Below, piece by piece: positions 59,810 through 64,000 of a stretch of DNA of 64,000 nt (its first letter is position 1; every line of letters begins with the position of its first letter). The translations under genes were made by a program, and so were the position numbers. The notes below the pieces were generated by a model, which was given only the letters and a program-made list of their open reading frames with translations, ran no database searches and was not told the DNA's origin. The DNA lies in the NCBI GenBank assembly GCA_951406725.2, contig OX597827.1, forward strand, positions 41,788,001-41,852,000, read 5' to 3'. Source of the DNA: Octopus vulgaris (taxonomy: Eukaryota).

Positions 59810-60400
59810 ATGAAGAGAAATATCCAACTGGCAAATAGAAATTCCGCAATGAATGGCGACGCAAGTGCTTAAAATAATTCACCATTACCGATCTATCCTT
59901 CAAAATTACAAAAGACTTTCAACAGAATGATATACTTCTCTGAAACACTCAGTTTACACCTTCGGGCCATTAATGCACTGAAGCACATATTCTTTAGTGG
60001 AGCATTGAATTTTATAATTATCATACTTTAGATTCCAGATATATTTGGAGAGAGTGGTGTTCTAAAGAGTACCTGAATATATACATCTATTGCGAGAAAT
60101 TTTTAAACGAATTTTTTAGTAAATCCTACTTAGATTTTTTTGTATGTCATTTGTAAGGGAGATCATAACTCGACAAACCAATGCTTTGGGAATATACATG
60201 GTTTTGAAAGAGTAGTTATTAGATTTGTTGAAATTACATACAGTACAAGTGCTGAAGCTTTTCATTCCGTTTATTACGGACATGGGGAAGAAAGGCTTGG
60301 TGCAACTGTCGCTCTCATGAATATTATTTCTATTAAAAATCTTATGATACCTATGTTCCATGGGAAAATGCTTATTTTAACTTTTTCCCTGTTGAACGGG
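59810..60400 (-). pseudogene. Degraded Penelope-like linker/GIY-YIG
   Basis: HFPMEHRYHKIFNRNNI, TTLSKYIWNLK, RRCKL..SEKYII. Confidence 0.65.
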
Positions 60401-60929
60401 AACTAAATCCTGATAAAATTAAAACGAACATTTAAACTATAGAAATTATATCTAATTCAAAATTAATTAATAGTATATGATATAATTGTTTCTAATTTAG
60501 ACACAAACAAGCAGTTCTGAAGGAAGAGGATTGTTCAATTACACCAACTAGAAATATATTTTAGCGACCCCAAAAGGCTGAAAGGCAAAGCTTTTTGTCC
60601 GACGCTCTAACCATTCTATCAGTCCGCCGCCCTTAATGTAATATGCAACATAATAAAAATGTTTCAGAAAAAAATGGAATGTAAAACGAAAAATACGAAA
60701 TGTTGGTAAGTTCAGATAATGAAGATATCTAGGAATTGGAAATGTGGGTATGTAACATGTAAACATACTAAATTAGCAAAATTAGACTGTTGGGATAACA
60801 GTGTGTATTGCAAAGAAATGGATGGATAATTGTGCTCAATGTACAAATATTCTATTGGTATTACATCTGACAGGGTCAGCGAATATGATGCTCCATCATG
60901 CTTCCAAGAGTCAAAATCATGAACAGAGC

Positions 60930-61447
60930 AAATTTTAGCCATTTCTCCGCAGACTGAAAAAAAGAAAATGATTAACGACTTTAATCGATTTTTGAACTTT
61001 ATTGGGTTCCACATCATTCTGACAATCTCCATAGAAACAAGTAGCCAAACTGATTATATACTCAAGAATTGCAGCAATTACCTTATGAAGGAGACCCTAA
61101 TTTGCATACCGAAGGTGTTTAACGCTTTATAAATATCAGCAACCTGTCAACGGGGATCTTAGTCCATACAGTATTAAGGTATGATGTAATACATATGTAA
61201 CATATGGTATAATTATAAACAGGGAAAATTCTAGCCATTTCTCCACAGTTAACCGATTTTCGAACCGTATTGGTTTCTCACCAGGGGTGTTTACATCATT
61301 CTGACAATCTCCAGAAAATCAAGCAGCAAAACTATTTATATACTCAACAAATACAGCAGTTACTCTATGAAGAGGACTCTAATTTGTATACCCAAGGTGT
61401 TTAACACTCTAAAGATACCAGCGGCTGTCAACGGGGATCTTAGCCAT
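60930..61447. repeat. Diverged direct duplication (~230 bp x2)
   Basis: aaatt.tagccatttctcc...tgtcaacggggatcttag at ~60930-61165 and ~61226-61447. Confidence 0.85.
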
Positions 61448-61903
61448 ATGTATATACATAATAAGGATAAAGTCAGTAATTAATTAATGATTTATCAGTG
61501 GCCAGCGGAGCAACAAGACCATATTGGTTAATTTGTATTCAAAGTATAATTATAAAAGATATAATCATGATTAAGGGCGCTGAACTGACAGCGCATGTAC
61601 TCTAGAAATAGATGCCAAAAGGACTACATACCACTTAAGTTCTTACTCCATATACCACAAGGGTGTATGCGAGGAAAATGGACAGAAATGATTAATAAAA
61701 ATATTTATAACATACATAAATTTATAATAAATTTTGGTTCTTGATAAACTCATGTTTATCCTTGTTTTTACCTAAAATTTATGAGCATAATATGCTTGCA
61801 TATGTTAAGCCCATGGTTAAACACAGAAATATACCGGTAGCGTAATGGATACTTCTATCCCTTACACAGTTATTTTAACCTTTAACCCAGCTAGCCTTAT
61901 ATA

Positions 61904-61947
<44 letters not shown>

Positions 61948-61961
61948 TTATAAGGAACAAA

Positions 61962-62010
<49 letters not shown>

Positions 62011-62195
62011 GGGATTAGCATTGAAAGTATTGTGCATGGGCTATGGTCAGCAGTGCCCGTGCAATTGTCACGTGTGTACAGTCATCAACATCATCATCAT
62101 CATCATAATCATCATATTTATATATATACATTTACATATATATACATACATACAATCATTTATATAGAGACATACATATAAAGACACATACACAC

Positions 62196-62243
<48 letters not shown>

Positions 62244-62621
62244 TGAGAGAGAAAGAGAGATAGAGAAAGAATGTAAGGGATGTACATAGATTAGTTCATA
62301 ATTAGAAAGATGGACCGACGGGTAGCTGTATAGATTGAGGAAGAGATAAATAGATGTATTGATAGAGTAATGATACCACAGAAACCCATTCTTCATCTCA
62401 ACCCTTCTCTGCCTCCGCTTTCCTCCTGCCCCTCCTCCTCCTCCACTTTCCCTATCTCACATATGTTTCTATCTCTTATAAATGTTTAAATGTTATTTCA
62501 CTAATATATTATACGTTTGCACTCTGAGATTGTTAAACACTGTTCCCTTTTGCATGATTTACGTCGTTAATTATCTGATAAAGATGAGAACAGGATACTG
62601 GACACATATATATATATATGT

Positions 62622-63030
62622 AGGCGCAGGAGTGGCTGTGTGGTAAGTAGATTGTTTACCAACCACATGGTTCCGGGTTCAGTCCCACTGCGTGGCATCT
62701 TGGGCAAGTGTCTTCTGCTATAGCTCCGGGCCGACCAATGCCTTGTGAGTGGATTTGGTAGACGGAAACTGAAAGAAGCCTGTCGTATATATGTATATAT
62801 ATATATGTATGTGTATGTTTGTGTGTCTGTGTTTGTCTCCCTAGCTTTGCTTGACAACCGATGCTGGTGTGTTTATGTCCCCGTCACTTAGCGGTCCGGC
62901 AAAAGAGACCGATAGAATAAGTACTGGGCTTACAAAGAATAAGTCCCGGGGTCGATTTGCTCGACTAAAGGCGGTGCACCAGCATGGCCGCAGTCAAATG
63001 ACTGAAACAAGTAAAAGAGTAAAAGAGTAG
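62622..63030 (+). mobile_element. SINE family A, full length
   Basis: Near-identical to 21217-21600; TA-rich flanks. Confidence 0.9.
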
Positions 63031-63178
63031 AGTATATATATATATATATATGCCTGGGGCTAAATGCAACAGTGACACCCCCACCACCCTGCCCTGTCCC
63101 TAGCCATATTCGGTTGGCTAATATCCCTTATATTACGGAGCAGTCACTGTCTATAACTCATTTAGAGAATTATTATTG

Positions 63179-63540
<362 letters not shown>

Positions 63541-63693
63541 ATATATATATATATATATATATATACATAAATGTATATACACTCATATACATATATGCAT
63601 ATATATATATATGTATATATACACACATACATAAACACATTTATATACATATATATGTATATATATACATACATTTATGTAAATGTGTTTATG

Positions 63694-63801
<108 letters not shown>

Positions 63802-64000
63802 TATATGTATATAAGTATATATATATATGTGTGTGTGTGTTAACATTTGGAACAGTGTAATCCCGGGTGAAGATCCACGCCGAAACGGAAATCATTGTTT
63901 TCTACCTTGGCAGTAATCTGGGACAACGAATGGCCTTTGAGACAAGCATATGTAAAAACAAGTGAAAACATACCATATACATCTTGCAATGTACACAATG

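Overview
AT-rich, microsatellite-saturated animal genomic DNA, (TA)n/(TAA)n/(TATG)n/(TATC)n/(CA)n; the repeat and SINE make-up suggests an octopus (inference). I found no convincing host protein-coding exon, and almost all ORF-track entries are microsatellite translations. The window is a nest of mobile elements: several Penelope-like retroelements (RT + GIY-YIG), RLE-type non-LTR elements (R4/Dong-like) stacked in (TAA)n tracts, RTE, CR1-like and L1/Tx1 fragments, about four tRNA-like SINE families, and internally deleted Tc1/mariner elements. The least expected signal is RNA structure: ten type I hammerhead-ribozyme (HHR) motifs, intact or variant, most with a palindromic stem III. They include a ~630-bp non-coding foldback element with two outward-facing HHRs (8318-8947) and a Penelope element with a perfect 434-bp palindrome whose two HHRs carry a U3-A8 compensatory core (49076-52977). 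All calls were made by eye, and boundaries of degenerate elements are approximate.
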